Shown here one piece after another: positions 17,844 through 26,537 of a stretch of DNA of 64,000 bases. Position 1 is the stretch's first letter. Each line of letters opens with the position of its first letter. The stretch lies in the IMG/VR virus record IMGVR_UViG_3300037245_001837, positions 1 through 64,000 of that record. One strand, given 5' to 3'. Position numbers and translations under genes: made by a program. The stretch comes from a virus. The notes beneath the pieces were generated by a model, which was given only the letters and a program-made list of their open reading frames with translations, ran no database searches and had not been told where the DNA came from.

Positions 17844-18584
17844 ATGAGAATTAACGGATTTGAACAAATAAAAGGTTTTTATTCTTGGGTGTTCAGTAAT
17901 CAAGACAAACAAATTAGAAGCACACATATTTCATTGTACATGTTTTTAGTAAACCAGAACAATAGAAACAATTGGGTTGAATGGTTTAAGTGTCCTTTTG
18001 ATTTAGCGATGGGAGGAAGTGGTATAAGCAACAAAAAAACATATTATACTACTTTGCTAGATTTGCAAGATTGGAAGCTGTTAGAATACGTAAAAGGAGT
18101 GAATAATTTCAAAGCTCCTTTGATAAAACTTGAGGTGCTATATGATACCTCAACTGTACCACAGAGTGAACCTCAACTGCAACCGCAAGTGATACCTATA
18201 CCATTACCTCTACTGCAACCGCAACTGTATAAGAATATAAAACTATTAACTAGTAACTTAGAACTAATAACCTTAAACATAGAAAAAATTATAATTTTTT
18301 TAAAAAGTGATTTATCAGAAAAATTTAATTTTAAAAAGTCTTTAATTAATTTAGGTGTTGAAAAAGAAATAATTTCTGATTGGTTAGCTGTTAGAAAAAA
18401 GAAAAAAGCAACAAATTCTGAAACAGCTTTTAAAAAAATAGAATCTGAAATTAAAAAATCAAAATTAAAACCAAATGAGGCTATAAAAATAGCAGTAGAA
18501 AATAGTTGGAGTGGTTTTAATAGTTCTTGGATTGAAAATATTAGTACTAATACACAAAACGGAACTTATCGTGGAAACAGGTAA
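17844..18584 (+). CDS. Phage replication initiator (lambda O-like architecture)
   Basis: N-terminal wHTH-like region, repetitive PQ linker carrying DNA iterons, C-terminal DWLAVRKKK..AVENSWSGF; precedes the loader ATPase. Confidence 0.7.
   Translation: MRINGFEQIKGFYSWVFSNQDKQIRSTHISLYMFLVNQNNRNNWVEWFKCPFDLAMGGSGISNKKTYYTTLLDLQDWKLLEYVKGVNNFKAPLIKLEVLYDTSTVPQSEPQLQPQVIPIPLPLLQPQLYKNIKLLTSNLELITLNIEKIIIFLKSDLSEKFNFKKSLINLGVEKEIISDWLAVRKKKKATNSETAFKKIESEIKKSKLKPNEAIKIAVENSWSGFNSSWIENISTNTQNGTYRGNR
18144..18278. repeat. Putative replication origin: ~12-bp iterons followed by AT-rich 7-bp repeats
   Basis: GATACCTCAACT, GAACCTCAACT, GCAACCGCAAGT, GCAACCGCAACT etc., then AACTATT-AACTAGT-AACTTAG-AACTAAT. 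Confidence 0.6.
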
Positions 18585-19563
18585 AAGAAAAAAAACAGAC
18601 CCAACAAGAATAAGTGATCTAATAATTTCTGAAATTATTGGTAAAAAACCACGTATGCCACAAACATACGCCATGAGAAGAATCAGAAATAATCCAGAGG
18701 ATATTGAATTTTGTGATAGCATTGATAAAAGAATTTCTGAATGGGATAAAAAAGCTGATAAAGTAAGGAAGCAAAAAACTATTGAGAAGAAAAAAAATAT
18801 AAAATTATCTGATGATTTTGTAGTTAAAAAAATACCTCCAATAATTCTAAAACCTGAACAGATTTATGCTGATTTTATTAGGGTTTATAAAATATTAAGT
18901 AAAAAAGATTTTCAGGAAAAAAATCCTTATTCAGAAACCGATGAACCTTACTTATATGTAAAAACATTGATTTATTATTTCATGAAGGATGATAGATTTT
19001 TTAAAAGTCCACTTTTAAGAAAAGATTTATCAGAACCTAGTTTTGAAAAAGGAACATTATCAATTGGAGGATATGGTTGCGGAAAAACCACAACATTCAA
19101 TGCTTTATTATTTTGCTTCAAGAATTTTTTAAAACACGTTGAAAAAACTACTCCAGAGAATCAAAAAGAATTAAAAAATAAGTATTCCGTAAACAAATGT
19201 ATTTCATCTGAAATAGTTCACAGATATGATACAGCAATATCAAAGCATGATTTAAATGAAATACTAAAACCTCTTATTGGATCAACAGATTTGTATGTTG
19301 ATGATATTATGAGGGAAAAGGATGCTCAAAATTTCGGTAAAAATAATATTTTTTTAAATGTTCTAACAATTAGAGCAGACAGAGATTATAAATCTCATTT
19401 ATCAATGAATCCTGTTGAAATTAAAGTAAATGATGAGATTACATTTAAGAACACAGAAGAGTCATTGCAGGAGTTCAGGATTAGGTATGACGGAAGAATA
19501 CACGATAGATTATTTGGAAACTATAACATCATTGAATTAACTGGTAAAAGCTTCAGAAGATAA
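18571..19563 (+). CDS. DnaC/IstB-like P-loop ATPase (helicase loader)
   Basis: Walker A GGYGCGKTT, LYVDDI, RYDGRIHDRL..GKSFRR; GTG start at 18571 preferred over 18511. Confidence 0.75.
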   Translation: METGKRKKTDPTRISDLIISEIIGKKPRMPQTYAMRRIRNNPEDIEFCDSIDKRISEWDKKADKVRKQKTIEKKKNIKLSDDFVVKKIPPIILKPEQIYADFIRVYKILSKKDFQEKNPYSETDEPYLYVKTLIYYFMKDDRFFKSPLLRKDLSEPSFEKGTLSIGGYGCGKTTTFNALLFCFKNFLKHVEKTTPENQKELKNKYSVNKCISSEIVHRYDTAISKHDLNEILKPLIGSTDLYVDDIMREKDAQNFGKNNIFLNVLTIRADRDYKSHLSMNPVEIKVNDEITFKNTEESLQEFRIRYDGRIHDRLFGNYNIIELTGKSFRR

Positions 19564-19581
19564 TAATAAAAATTATAACCT

Positions 19582-19815
19582 ATGAAAACAGACTCAACTA
19601 TAAGAAAAGCTGCTGAAATAATAGTAAAAGAACAGTTTGGAAGTATCTCATTAATTCAAAGAAGATTAAAATTAGGATATAATAAATCTGCAAGAATAAT
19701 GGATGATTTAGAAAACTTAGGTGTAGTTGGAGCTTTTCAAGGAGTTAAACAAAGAGATGTTTTAGTTAATAAAATGGATGATTTAGAAAAAATATTAACA
19801 CTAAATAATATCTAG
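19582..19815 (+). CDS. Stand-alone FtsK gamma (winged-helix) domain protein
   Basis: GSISLIQRRLKLGYNKSARIMDDLENLGVVG..RDVL. Confidence 0.85.
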   Translation: MKTDSTIRKAAEIIVKEQFGSISLIQRRLKLGYNKSARIMDDLENLGVVGAFQGVKQRDVLVNKMDDLEKILTLNNI

Positions 19816-19817
19816 TA

Positions 19818-20552
19818 ATGGAAAGTACTGTTTACAATGAAGATTGGAGAAAAACAACTAAAAATATTCCTGATTTATTTTTTGATTGGGTTGTTGATGA
19901 TGTTCCATACGGTTTAAATGTTGCTAACATGCCATATTTAAATGAGAAAAAAACATTGGTTAAACAAAAAAACGGTACTAAATTAAATCCAAACAAAAAT
20001 AAAAAAGGATACACGGTAAAAGATTGGGATTTAAAACCTCCAAGTCAGGATTATTTTGACGAAATGAGAAGAATTTCTAAAAATCAGATAATTTTTGGTG
20101 TAGAATATGTTGATTGGGATGGGTTAGGAAAAGGCAGGATCAAATGGAATAAAGGAGTTGCAAAAGGAATGAGCTTTAAAGATTATGAAATGGCTTATTG
20201 TTCAAGTATAGAACATACTCATATCCTAAACTTATTATGGAATGGAATGCGACAAGCTGCAAACTTAAAACATCCTATGAGGCAACAGGGTAATAAAAAA
20301 CTAAATGAAAAAAGAATACACCCATGCCATAAACCAATACTTCTTTATAAAAAAATAGCAATAGATTTCGATTTAAAAGGCAAAAAAATCTATTGTGGTC
20401 ATAATGGTTCTGGAAGTGACAGAATAGCTTTTGAGAATTTTGTAGAGTTATTTATGGCAAGTGAAATTGATAAAGAATATTTTGATAAGCAGGAAGAAAG
20501 ATATAAAAATTTCAATGGAGCAATTAAGCTCTTCCAAAATCATACGATATGA
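19818..20552 (+). CDS. Beta-class N6/N4 DNA methyltransferase with divergent motifs
   Basis: DDVPYG (DPPY variant), HPCHKP, GHNGSGS, ASEIDKEYF. Confidence 0.75.
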   Translation: MESTVYNEDWRKTTKNIPDLFFDWVVDDVPYGLNVANMPYLNEKKTLVKQKNGTKLNPNKNKKGYTVKDWDLKPPSQDYFDEMRRISKNQIIFGVEYVDWDGLGKGRIKWNKGVAKGMSFKDYEMAYCSSIEHTHILNLLWNGMRQAANLKHPMRQQGNKKLNEKRIHPCHKPILLYKKIAIDFDLKGKKIYCGHNGSGSDRIAFENFVELFMASEIDKEYFDKQEERYKNFNGAIKLFQNHTI

Positions 20553-20950
20553 CAAGACAAACCTCAATTGACTGTTATCACCAGATAAAAGCAGAAGGAC
20601 TTTTATCAGATATGAGATTTAGTGTTTATCAAGCACTTTATAACCTAAATAAGCCATCTACAAGAAGGGAGGTTTATGCAACTATGAATGTTTCAAATCA
20701 AGAATCGACTAGATTTACCGAATTACGTAATCTGGGTGTTATCTATGAAAAAACAACCAGAAAATGCTCTATTTCAGGAAGAACATCTATTGAGTGGGAT
20801 TTAACAGATAATATTCCAGACAAATCATTACTAAAAAAGAATACAAAACCTAACAACCTTAAAAAATGCATAAAGTTCATATTAAACAATATGGCTGAAA
20901 AAGGATTAATGTGGATTAACCCAAGTGAAATAAAAAGCCTTTTAGACTAA
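20549..20950 (+). CDS. Putative winged-helix protein
   Basis: TRREV..STRFTELRNLGVI..RKCSISGR. Confidence 0.6.
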   Translation: MTRQTSIDCYHQIKAEGLLSDMRFSVYQALYNLNKPSTRREVYATMNVSNQESTRFTELRNLGVIYEKTTRKCSISGRTSIEWDLTDNIPDKSLLKKNTKPNNLKKCIKFILNNMAEKGLMWINPSEIKSLLD

Positions 20951-21020
20951 ATAAACACCCATTTGTTTATTTTAATGTATTTTATTTGCTTTTAAGTAAT
21001 AGGTAGTGTATATTTATATC

Positions 21021-21326
21021 ATGAAAGATACAAACCACATAGGAGAAGCAGTTAAGAGAGTTAGAAAACTTAAAAAGCTGAAACAGAAGGATTTTGCAAA
21101 ACAAATAAAAATTAGCACGAGTTCACTTTCTGCAATAGAACAAGGTGCAAGAGTTCCTTCTTTGAGAATGCTACAAAAAATTGCAGATGGGTTTAAAATA
21201 TCACTACCAATATTATTATGGTTTTCCGTAAAACGAGAAGATGTTGAAGAAGATAAAAGAGAAACATTTGATATTTTAATGCCTCAAATAAATAGTATGA
21301 TTTCAAGTTTATTTAATACTAAATAG
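21021..21326 (+). CDS. XRE-family HTH regulator
   Basis: LKQKDFAKQIKISTSSLSAIEQGARVPS; ATG 21021 preferred over GTG 21006. Confidence 0.85.
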   Translation: MKDTNHIGEAVKRVRKLKKLKQKDFAKQIKISTSSLSAIEQGARVPSLRMLQKIADGFKISLPILLWFSVKREDVEEDKRETFDILMPQINSMISSLFNTK

Positions 21327-21328
21327 TT

Positions 21329-21589
21329 ATGGATGCAATAATCAAAGAATTTAACGAAACAGGCAATTGCGTTATAGATATAGATTACGCCATTAAAAAA
21401 TGGAATCACTTGTATTGGATAGCTCAATGGAATGACACATACAGACTGATAATTCATGTACGTAAAGATTCACCTATAACAAAAATGAAGGTATCTATAA
21501 GTGAAAAACAAGCAAAAGAGCTAATTGCAAAACTAAAATTAACAGGTGTAAACGGAGGATTTAAAAGCTCAACAACATGGAAACAATAA
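21329..21589 (+). CDS. Hypothetical protein
   Basis: ORF track. Confidence 0.65.
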   Translation: MDAIIKEFNETGNCVIDIDYAIKKWNHLYWIAQWNDTYRLIIHVRKDSPITKMKVSISEKQAKELIAKLKLTGVNGGFKSSTTWKQ

Positions 21590-21700
21590 AATCCAACAAA
21601 TAAAAAAACCCTCGACAAACCCGCAACGCTACATTCTAAATATTGTTTGAATTAATTAGTAGTGATTGCGGTAATGGGTTGATCTAAAAACTAAATAGTT

Positions 21701-21976
21701 ATGGAAAAGAAAGCAGAGGAATTATTAAATTTATATAAAAATTTATCAGATAAAATGATGGATGATTTAATAGATTTAGGTGTTTCAATTTTTAAAACTG
21801 ATACTGATTCTGATGCTAAAATAGAATATGTTGACCCTATGCTTCCTGAAAATCAACATTTACTTTCTAAATACCACCAGAAAAATATTAAAAATTCAGT
21901 TGGATTTGTACAGGAAGAGCATTTTGAAGAAATTAATGGTAAGATGCATAAGTTTATAACTACATATATATTTTAA
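21701..21976 (+). CDS. Hypothetical protein
   Basis: ORF track. Confidence 0.6.
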   Translation: MEKKAEELLNLYKNLSDKMMDDLIDLGVSIFKTDTDSDAKIEYVDPMLPENQHLLSKYHQKNIKNSVGFVQEEHFEEINGKMHKFITTYIF

Positions 21977-21986
21977 TAAAAAAATT

Positions 21987-22490
21987 ATGGATTCAGTGAG
22001 ATGTATTTGCATCGATGATGCTAAAAAACCAATAGAGATACCTCAAGAGAAATGGGTTAAAAAAGATGATGAATATCATATAACTCATATTTTCGTAATG
22101 AAAAATCAAAAAAACATTCAAGGATGTGAATTGGCAGAATTTGATATTTCAAGGTATGCTCCATACAACTGTTACAGATTAAGCAGATTTGCAATTTTAA
22201 TGGAGGATTTAGGGAAATTAGCAGCTCTTATAAAGAGATCAGATGAGTTTAATCAATTATCAGATATTGATATTCAAAAATTAGTAGATGATATTCCAAT
22301 TAAAGAAGAAGTTCCTGTTGAATACATAAAGAAATCTCATAATCACGATCATTTTTGGATTAAAGACAAAATGCTTTATGAATCTTACAATACCATAAGA
22401 GGTATGAGATATAGAGAAATATGCCTCCTTAATTATCCAGATACAGAAATTTTACCAGAAGATTTTAATCCAATTAAATTTAAAATATAG
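21987..22490 (+). CDS. Hypothetical protein
   Basis: ORF track; CICIDD..KPIEIP. Confidence 0.7.
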   Translation: MDSVRCICIDDAKKPIEIPQEKWVKKDDEYHITHIFVMKNQKNIQGCELAEFDISRYAPYNCYRLSRFAILMEDLGKLAALIKRSDEFNQLSDIDIQKLVDDIPIKEEVPVEYIKKSHNHDHFWIKDKMLYESYNTIRGMRYREICLLNYPDTEILPEDFNPIKFKI

Positions 22491-22492
22491 TT

Positions 22493-22786
22493 ATGAATAT
22501 TATCACAGTAATATTATACGAAAGACTGCATAGATATATTTATGATGAACATTTTAACTTAAAAGACAGGTTAAGTACATTAAAGAAACCGTATTTATAT
22601 GAAAGATATAAACGTTACAGTAACGGATTAAAAGGATGGAGGATAGTATTATCTATATGGCTACCGTTTATAAAAAAGTATAGAAGATATTCGTATTATA
22701 ATTCTACTTTAAGCAAATATGAATTAAGCCAAGTCAATAAATTAAGCAAATTAGTTTACAAATTAAAACTAAAACTAATATTATGA
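22493..22786 (+). CDS. Hypothetical basic protein
   Basis: ORF track. Confidence 0.55.
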   Translation: MNIITVILYERLHRYIYDEHFNLKDRLSTLKKPYLYERYKRYSNGLKGWRIVLSIWLPFIKKYRRYSYYNSTLSKYELSQVNKLSKLVYKLKLKLIL

Positions 22787-22926
22787 GCAAAAAACTATCT
22801 GACATAGAAAAGTTAAGAGATGAATTCAGAAATGAAACCAATAACGAGGTGCAAGAATGTTACATTTTCACTAGAAGTTATACGGTTTGGCTACAGTCTA
22901 AAGTACTAAAACAACTATCTAAATAA
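22783..22926 (+). CDS. Small hypothetical protein (47 aa)
   Basis: ATGA overlap with the upstream stop. Confidence 0.5.
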   Translation: MSKKLSDIEKLRDEFRNETNNEVQECYIFTRSYTVWLQSKVLKQLSK

Positions 22927-22932
22927 AACAAA

Positions 22933-23325
22933 ATGGACGTAATAATTATAACCGATTCAGAAGGAGAAAAATCCTACGACAAGCACGGAGAAGAAATTAA
23001 AATAAGAAAAAGAGAATTAACAGTAGAGATTCTGGACGATTTAAACCATTATGCTATCATAAAATCGGAAAAGAATGAAGCTGATAGAGGTCAAGGTCTT
23101 ATAATTGATAAAAACCAATTTGAACAACTAAAGGAATATTTCTTAAACACCGAACAAAAGGGGAAAAAAGATATAATTGATTACATAGAACACGATGCAG
23201 AAATAGCTATGCCAATAAACGAGCTAATGCACGAAAGCGGAAGGAGTTTAAGTAAGAAAGAGTACGGAAAAGTATTATTAAAATACCTAGTAATAGAGCT
23301 TAGAAGCAAGTTTAACAACACTTAA
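22933..23325 (+). CDS. Hypothetical protein
   Basis: ORF track. Confidence 0.65.
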   Translation: MDVIIITDSEGEKSYDKHGEEIKIRKRELTVEILDDLNHYAIIKSEKNEADRGQGLIIDKNQFEQLKEYFLNTEQKGKKDIIDYIEHDAEIAMPINELMHESGRSLSKKEYGKVLLKYLVIELRSKFNNT

Positions 23326-23349
23326 ACAACAACTTAAAGTAAACGAGAT

Positions 23350-23610
23350 ATGACATTTGAAGAAGTAAAAAAAGATTATGTAGAATTAATGGATATAGGT
23401 GTTCCTTATGACATGACAGGTGGCTTTGTAGATTCAGAGAGAATGGAAACAGTAATTCGTAATCCGACAAAATCTAACGCTAAAAAATACATGATAGAGG
23501 TAATCTATTACGGTTTTCAGTGGGGTGATTATTGGAAAACTGAGACTAGTGGTGACATTCATATTAACGATAATAAATTCATAAACGAGATGTACGAAAA
23601 ATACATTTGA
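23350..23610 (+). CDS. Hypothetical protein
   Basis: ORF track. Confidence 0.65.
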   Translation: MTFEEVKKDYVELMDIGVPYDMTGGFVDSERMETVIRNPTKSNAKKYMIEVIYYGFQWGDYWKTETSGDIHINDNKFINEMYEKYI

Positions 23611-23671
23611 TAATAAGTAAAACAACTCTTAAATAATAATTTAAAGTAAAGAATCTAAAACCCTAGAAATA

Positions 23672-23803
23672 ATGAGTCAGGCAAAAATATTATTGGAAGC
23701 AATGGGAATAAATCCATTAGAGAAAATAGATAACAATTCTGGAAGTTATTGGACATTGCACGAGTTAGTTAATCATTGTGTTGGGCAATTAAACGATAAG
23801 TAG
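23672..23803 (+). CDS. Small hypothetical protein (43 aa)
   Basis: Gap-filling ORF; stop 2 nt before the next ATG. Confidence 0.45.
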   Translation: MSQAKILLEAMGINPLEKIDNNSGSYWTLHELVNHCVGQLNDK

Positions 23804-23805
23804 AT

Positions 23806-24003
23806 ATGGAATCATTTTACATTAAACAGCGAGTAAGTAAGTTTGTATTGATATACCATCGAATTACCAAAGAGGGAAATATTACAGCTTTATCTTGCAG
23901 TAGAAGGAGTATATCAAATCCTAAAACTGTAATGATAGGAAAAACCTTTGAGGTGATTTCCAAGGAAGAGTTTGATAAAAAATATAACGAGTTTGCCACA
24001 TAA
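23806..24003 (+). CDS. Hypothetical protein
   Basis: ORF track. Confidence 0.55.
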   Translation: MESFYIKQRVSKFVLIYHRITKEGNITALSCSRRSISNPKTVMIGKTFEVISKEEFDKKYNEFAT

Positions 24004-24041
24004 AAACAACCTGTAGGTTTACTACACAAAAAAGCAAATAG

Positions 24042-24269
24042 ATGAATTTAGATTACGTAAAAAAAACAAGAGGATTAGATTTCGTTAAAAAAGGAATGCG
24101 AGTTGAGCAAACTGAAATGAAACAAAGTGGTGTAATTGTCGGAGGTAACAGATCAGGAAATATAGATGTTAAGTTTGATGGAAATAAACATACGGACAAT
24201 TGCCATCCCACATATATGATGAAGTATTTTGATGATAATGGTAATGTTATTAAAGAATACAAGGATTAA
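24042..24269 (+). CDS. Hypothetical SH3/KOW-like protein
   Basis: GMRVE..GVIVG..VKFDG..NCHP. Confidence 0.65.
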   Translation: MNLDYVKKTRGLDFVKKGMRVEQTEMKQSGVIVGGNRSGNIDVKFDGNKHTDNCHPTYMMKYFDDNGNVIKEYKD

Positions 24270-24463
24270 TGAAATACTCCAAAAGAAATATTGTCCACAG
24301 TAAAAACAACAGGACTACATGGCTAGAGCGAAACTTTGATTTCACTCATGGTTGTGGATGGTTCTGCCAAATATATGATGAACATTACAACATCGGTTTT
24401 GGGTTTAGTAAAAATAAATTCACAGCATATAGAACAGCAATTAATAATTTAAAAAGCAAGTAA
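24269..24463 (+). CDS. Hypothetical protein
   Basis: TAATG stop/start coupling. Confidence 0.6.
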   Translation: MKYSKRNIVHSKNNRTTWLERNFDFTHGCGWFCQIYDEHYNIGFGFSKNKFTAYRTAINNLKSK

Positions 24464-24829
24464 ATGTCAAAAATAGCAAAGATGGAAAACATCATTGAAG
24501 AAATCAAACAAGAGAGATTTAAACAGGATGCCAAATGGGGTGAACAAAACCACCCTTGTTTAGATCAAACATTATTAAATAGAAAAGAAGGTTGTACACC
24601 TCAAAGAATGACAGAAGAATATGGTATTCCTTCTGAATTAAAGGCAAAGCAATCATGCGATAGTAAAGCTGAGAAAGGAGAATGTACATGGGCTGATATT
24701 GCACTTGAAGAGTTCTCGGAATCGATTAGCACATTTGACATTCATAAACGTAGAGAAGAATTAATTCAATTAGCTGCTGTTGTAGTTGCTTGGGTTGAAA
24801 AAATTGATAGAGATATTCAAAAACAGTAG
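24464..24829 (+). CDS. MazG-like all-alpha NTP pyrophosphohydrolase
   Basis: ERFKQDAKWGEQNH..EEFSE..EELIQLAAVVVAW. Confidence 0.65.
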   Translation: MSKIAKMENIIEEIKQERFKQDAKWGEQNHPCLDQTLLNRKEGCTPQRMTEEYGIPSELKAKQSCDSKAEKGECTWADIALEEFSESISTFDIHKRREELIQLAAVVVAWVEKIDRDIQKQ

Positions 24830-24834
24830 AATCA

Positions 24835-25191
24835 ATGATACCAATACATCAAACAAGAACACAAGAAGAGTTTGCCAATTGCCTACAAGCTTGTGTGGCT
24901 TCATATTTTGAATTCCCATTGGAGAATGTTCCTAATTTTATGTTATTCAAAGATAATTGGTGGGATGCATTGCACTGGTACTTTTTTTCTCTTGGATACG
25001 ATATTGGACACATAAACAAATTACCCCCAGAGGATGGGAAATATTACATCGTTTCTGAAGAGTTTGGAGATAATTATAATTATTCCCATGCCGTTATTTG
25101 GAAAGACGGGAAAATAGTGCATGATCCTTTAAATTACAAAAGCGGTAAAAGAGGAACTATTGTCGGATATTATTGGATAAGTAAAAGGTAA
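24835..25191 (+). CDS. Putative papain-fold (C39-like) cysteine hydrolase
   Basis: Q..NCLQACVAS..HAVI..HDP gives a Cys-His-Asp order. Confidence 0.5.
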   Translation: MIPIHQTRTQEEFANCLQACVASYFEFPLENVPNFMLFKDNWWDALHWYFFSLGYDIGHINKLPPEDGKYYIVSEEFGDNYNYSHAVIWKDGKIVHDPLNYKSGKRGTIVGYYWISKR

Positions 25192-25214
25192 CAAACTAAA
25201 ATTAAAAAGTAGTT

Positions 25215-25433
25215 ATGGCGATATATGTAGGCAATAAAAAAATTAATGAGATCAAGTCAATTTCAGTTGTTCACGACGTACTGGAAGAAATTTTAATGAG
25301 TGAAGCTGAATTCCTTGAGGATAGACCTGAATTTTGGACAGATGAACAAAAGGAACTTTACGACTTATTGAACACCTTAAATCAAAGGGTTATAGAAAAG
25401 GCAATTGAAATAATTGAATCACGAAAACAGTAG
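25215..25433 (+). CDS. Hypothetical protein
   Basis: ORF track. Confidence 0.6.
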   Translation: MAIYVGNKKINEIKSISVVHDVLEEILMSEAEFLEDRPEFWTDEQKELYDLLNTLNQRVIEKAIEIIESRKQ

Positions 25434-25435
25434 TT

Positions 25436-25648
25436 ATGACAAAGGACGAATTAATCACAAAGCAGCAACTCCAGATAGAAGAGTATAAAAAAACTATCGA
25501 ATCTAACAACGAGCTAAAGAAAAAGATAATAAGTAAATTCTATAGTATAGGACAACCATTAAACGACAACATATTAAACATGGATAAAAAGCAAATGGCA
25601 TGGTGTTTTGAAGTAGTGGAATTATCTCAGCAAATAAACCAAAACTAG
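25436..25648 (+). CDS. Hypothetical protein
   Basis: ORF track. Confidence 0.6.
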   Translation: MTKDELITKQQLQIEEYKKTIESNNELKKKIISKFYSIGQPLNDNILNMDKKQMAWCFEVVELSQQINQN

Positions 25649-25653
25649 ACGAT

Positions 25654-25863
25654 ATGAAACAAGCATTTGTATTTTACGCATGGTTCCAAGGCTCTAGTGA
25701 TTTCGAACCTTTTATTGCAAGAGTATTGGATAACACATCGAATCCTAATTCATGGAGAATAGACAACCATGATAAAACCTATATGTTTGCACTAAAAGAA
25801 GCCTACATAAAGGAAGCAACGCATGACGAGATAAATATCCATGTCAATCGTAAATCTAATTAA
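25654..25863 (+). CDS. Hypothetical protein
   Basis: ORF track. Confidence 0.6.
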   Translation: MKQAFVFYAWFQGSSDFEPFIARVLDNTSNPNSWRIDNHDKTYMFALKEAYIKEATHDEINIHVNRKSN

Positions 25864-25872
25864 ACAGTAGTT

Positions 25873-26016
25873 ATGTCAAATACTTTCCAAATATGGCTTA
25901 TGAGCCAAAAATATTACAGAAAAGAAGGATCATTGCTTTGGTATAGAGATAATTTATTAGTGAAAGCGAAAGAACTTTCTGGAAAATTAAGGGAATTTAA
26001 AAACATTAAACAGTAG
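25873..26016 (+). CDS. Small hypothetical protein (47 aa)
   Basis: Bounded by two copies of ATTAAACAGTAGTTATG. Confidence 0.55.
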   Translation: MSNTFQIWLMSQKYYRKEGSLLWYRDNLLVKAKELSGKLREFKNIKQ

Positions 26017-26018
26017 TT

Positions 26019-26198
26019 ATGGAAAACACTAAGAATTACAAAAAAATAGCCAATTACATCAAAAAACAAGGTTATACATGGACTGTTGAAGATGCAATCG
26101 AGTTGTATAAGAAAAAGGAAAATGGGGAGTACATAAGTTATACAGCAAATGATATTGTTGGTCGTTTTCCAGAAGAAATAAAATCACTAATACAGTAG
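26019..26198 (+). CDS. Small hypothetical protein (59 aa)
   Basis: Starts in a TAGTTATG junction. Confidence 0.55.
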   Translation: MENTKNYKKIANYIKKQGYTWTVEDAIELYKKKENGEYISYTANDIVGRFPEEIKSLIQ

Positions 26199-26259
26199 GT
26201 TAAACAGCGATCCTACTATTTAAGAAAATCGCTTAAAACTTAAATAACAAATAAAAATT

Positions 26260-26535
26260 ATGATTACAACAGAGATGCCAAAGTATCAAAGTCACAAAAA
26301 AGTATGGGCTTTAAAAATTAAATCCATCGTAAGAGATGGTGAAGGTGAAAATAGAGAAACGGATGGAAGTGCGATGATTACTCCAGAAGAGGATGGGTAT
26401 GAACCATTTAAAGTTAGTCCTGAATATATGGGCAAACATAAACCACAAGTAGGTGGTTATTATGTTCAGTACGATGGTGGCTACGAGTCTTTTTCTCCTG
26501 CCGATGCTTTTGAAGGTGGATACACTTTAATTTAA
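26260..26535 (+). CDS. Conserved phage protein (GGYYV.Y.DGY.SFSP..AFE.GY family)
   Basis: YQSHKKVWALKI..KHKPQVGGYYVQYDGGYESFSPADAFEGGY. Confidence 0.75.
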   Translation: MITTEMPKYQSHKKVWALKIKSIVRDGEGENRETDGSAMITPEEDGYEPFKVSPEYMGKHKPQVGGYYVQYDGGYESFSPADAFEGGYTLI

Positions 26536-26537
26536 AT

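Noticed and set aside
21317-26198. CRISPR array or integron attC cassettes
   Set aside because: Repeats are short (14-17 nt), irregularly spaced and non-palindromic; no cas or integron integrase seen
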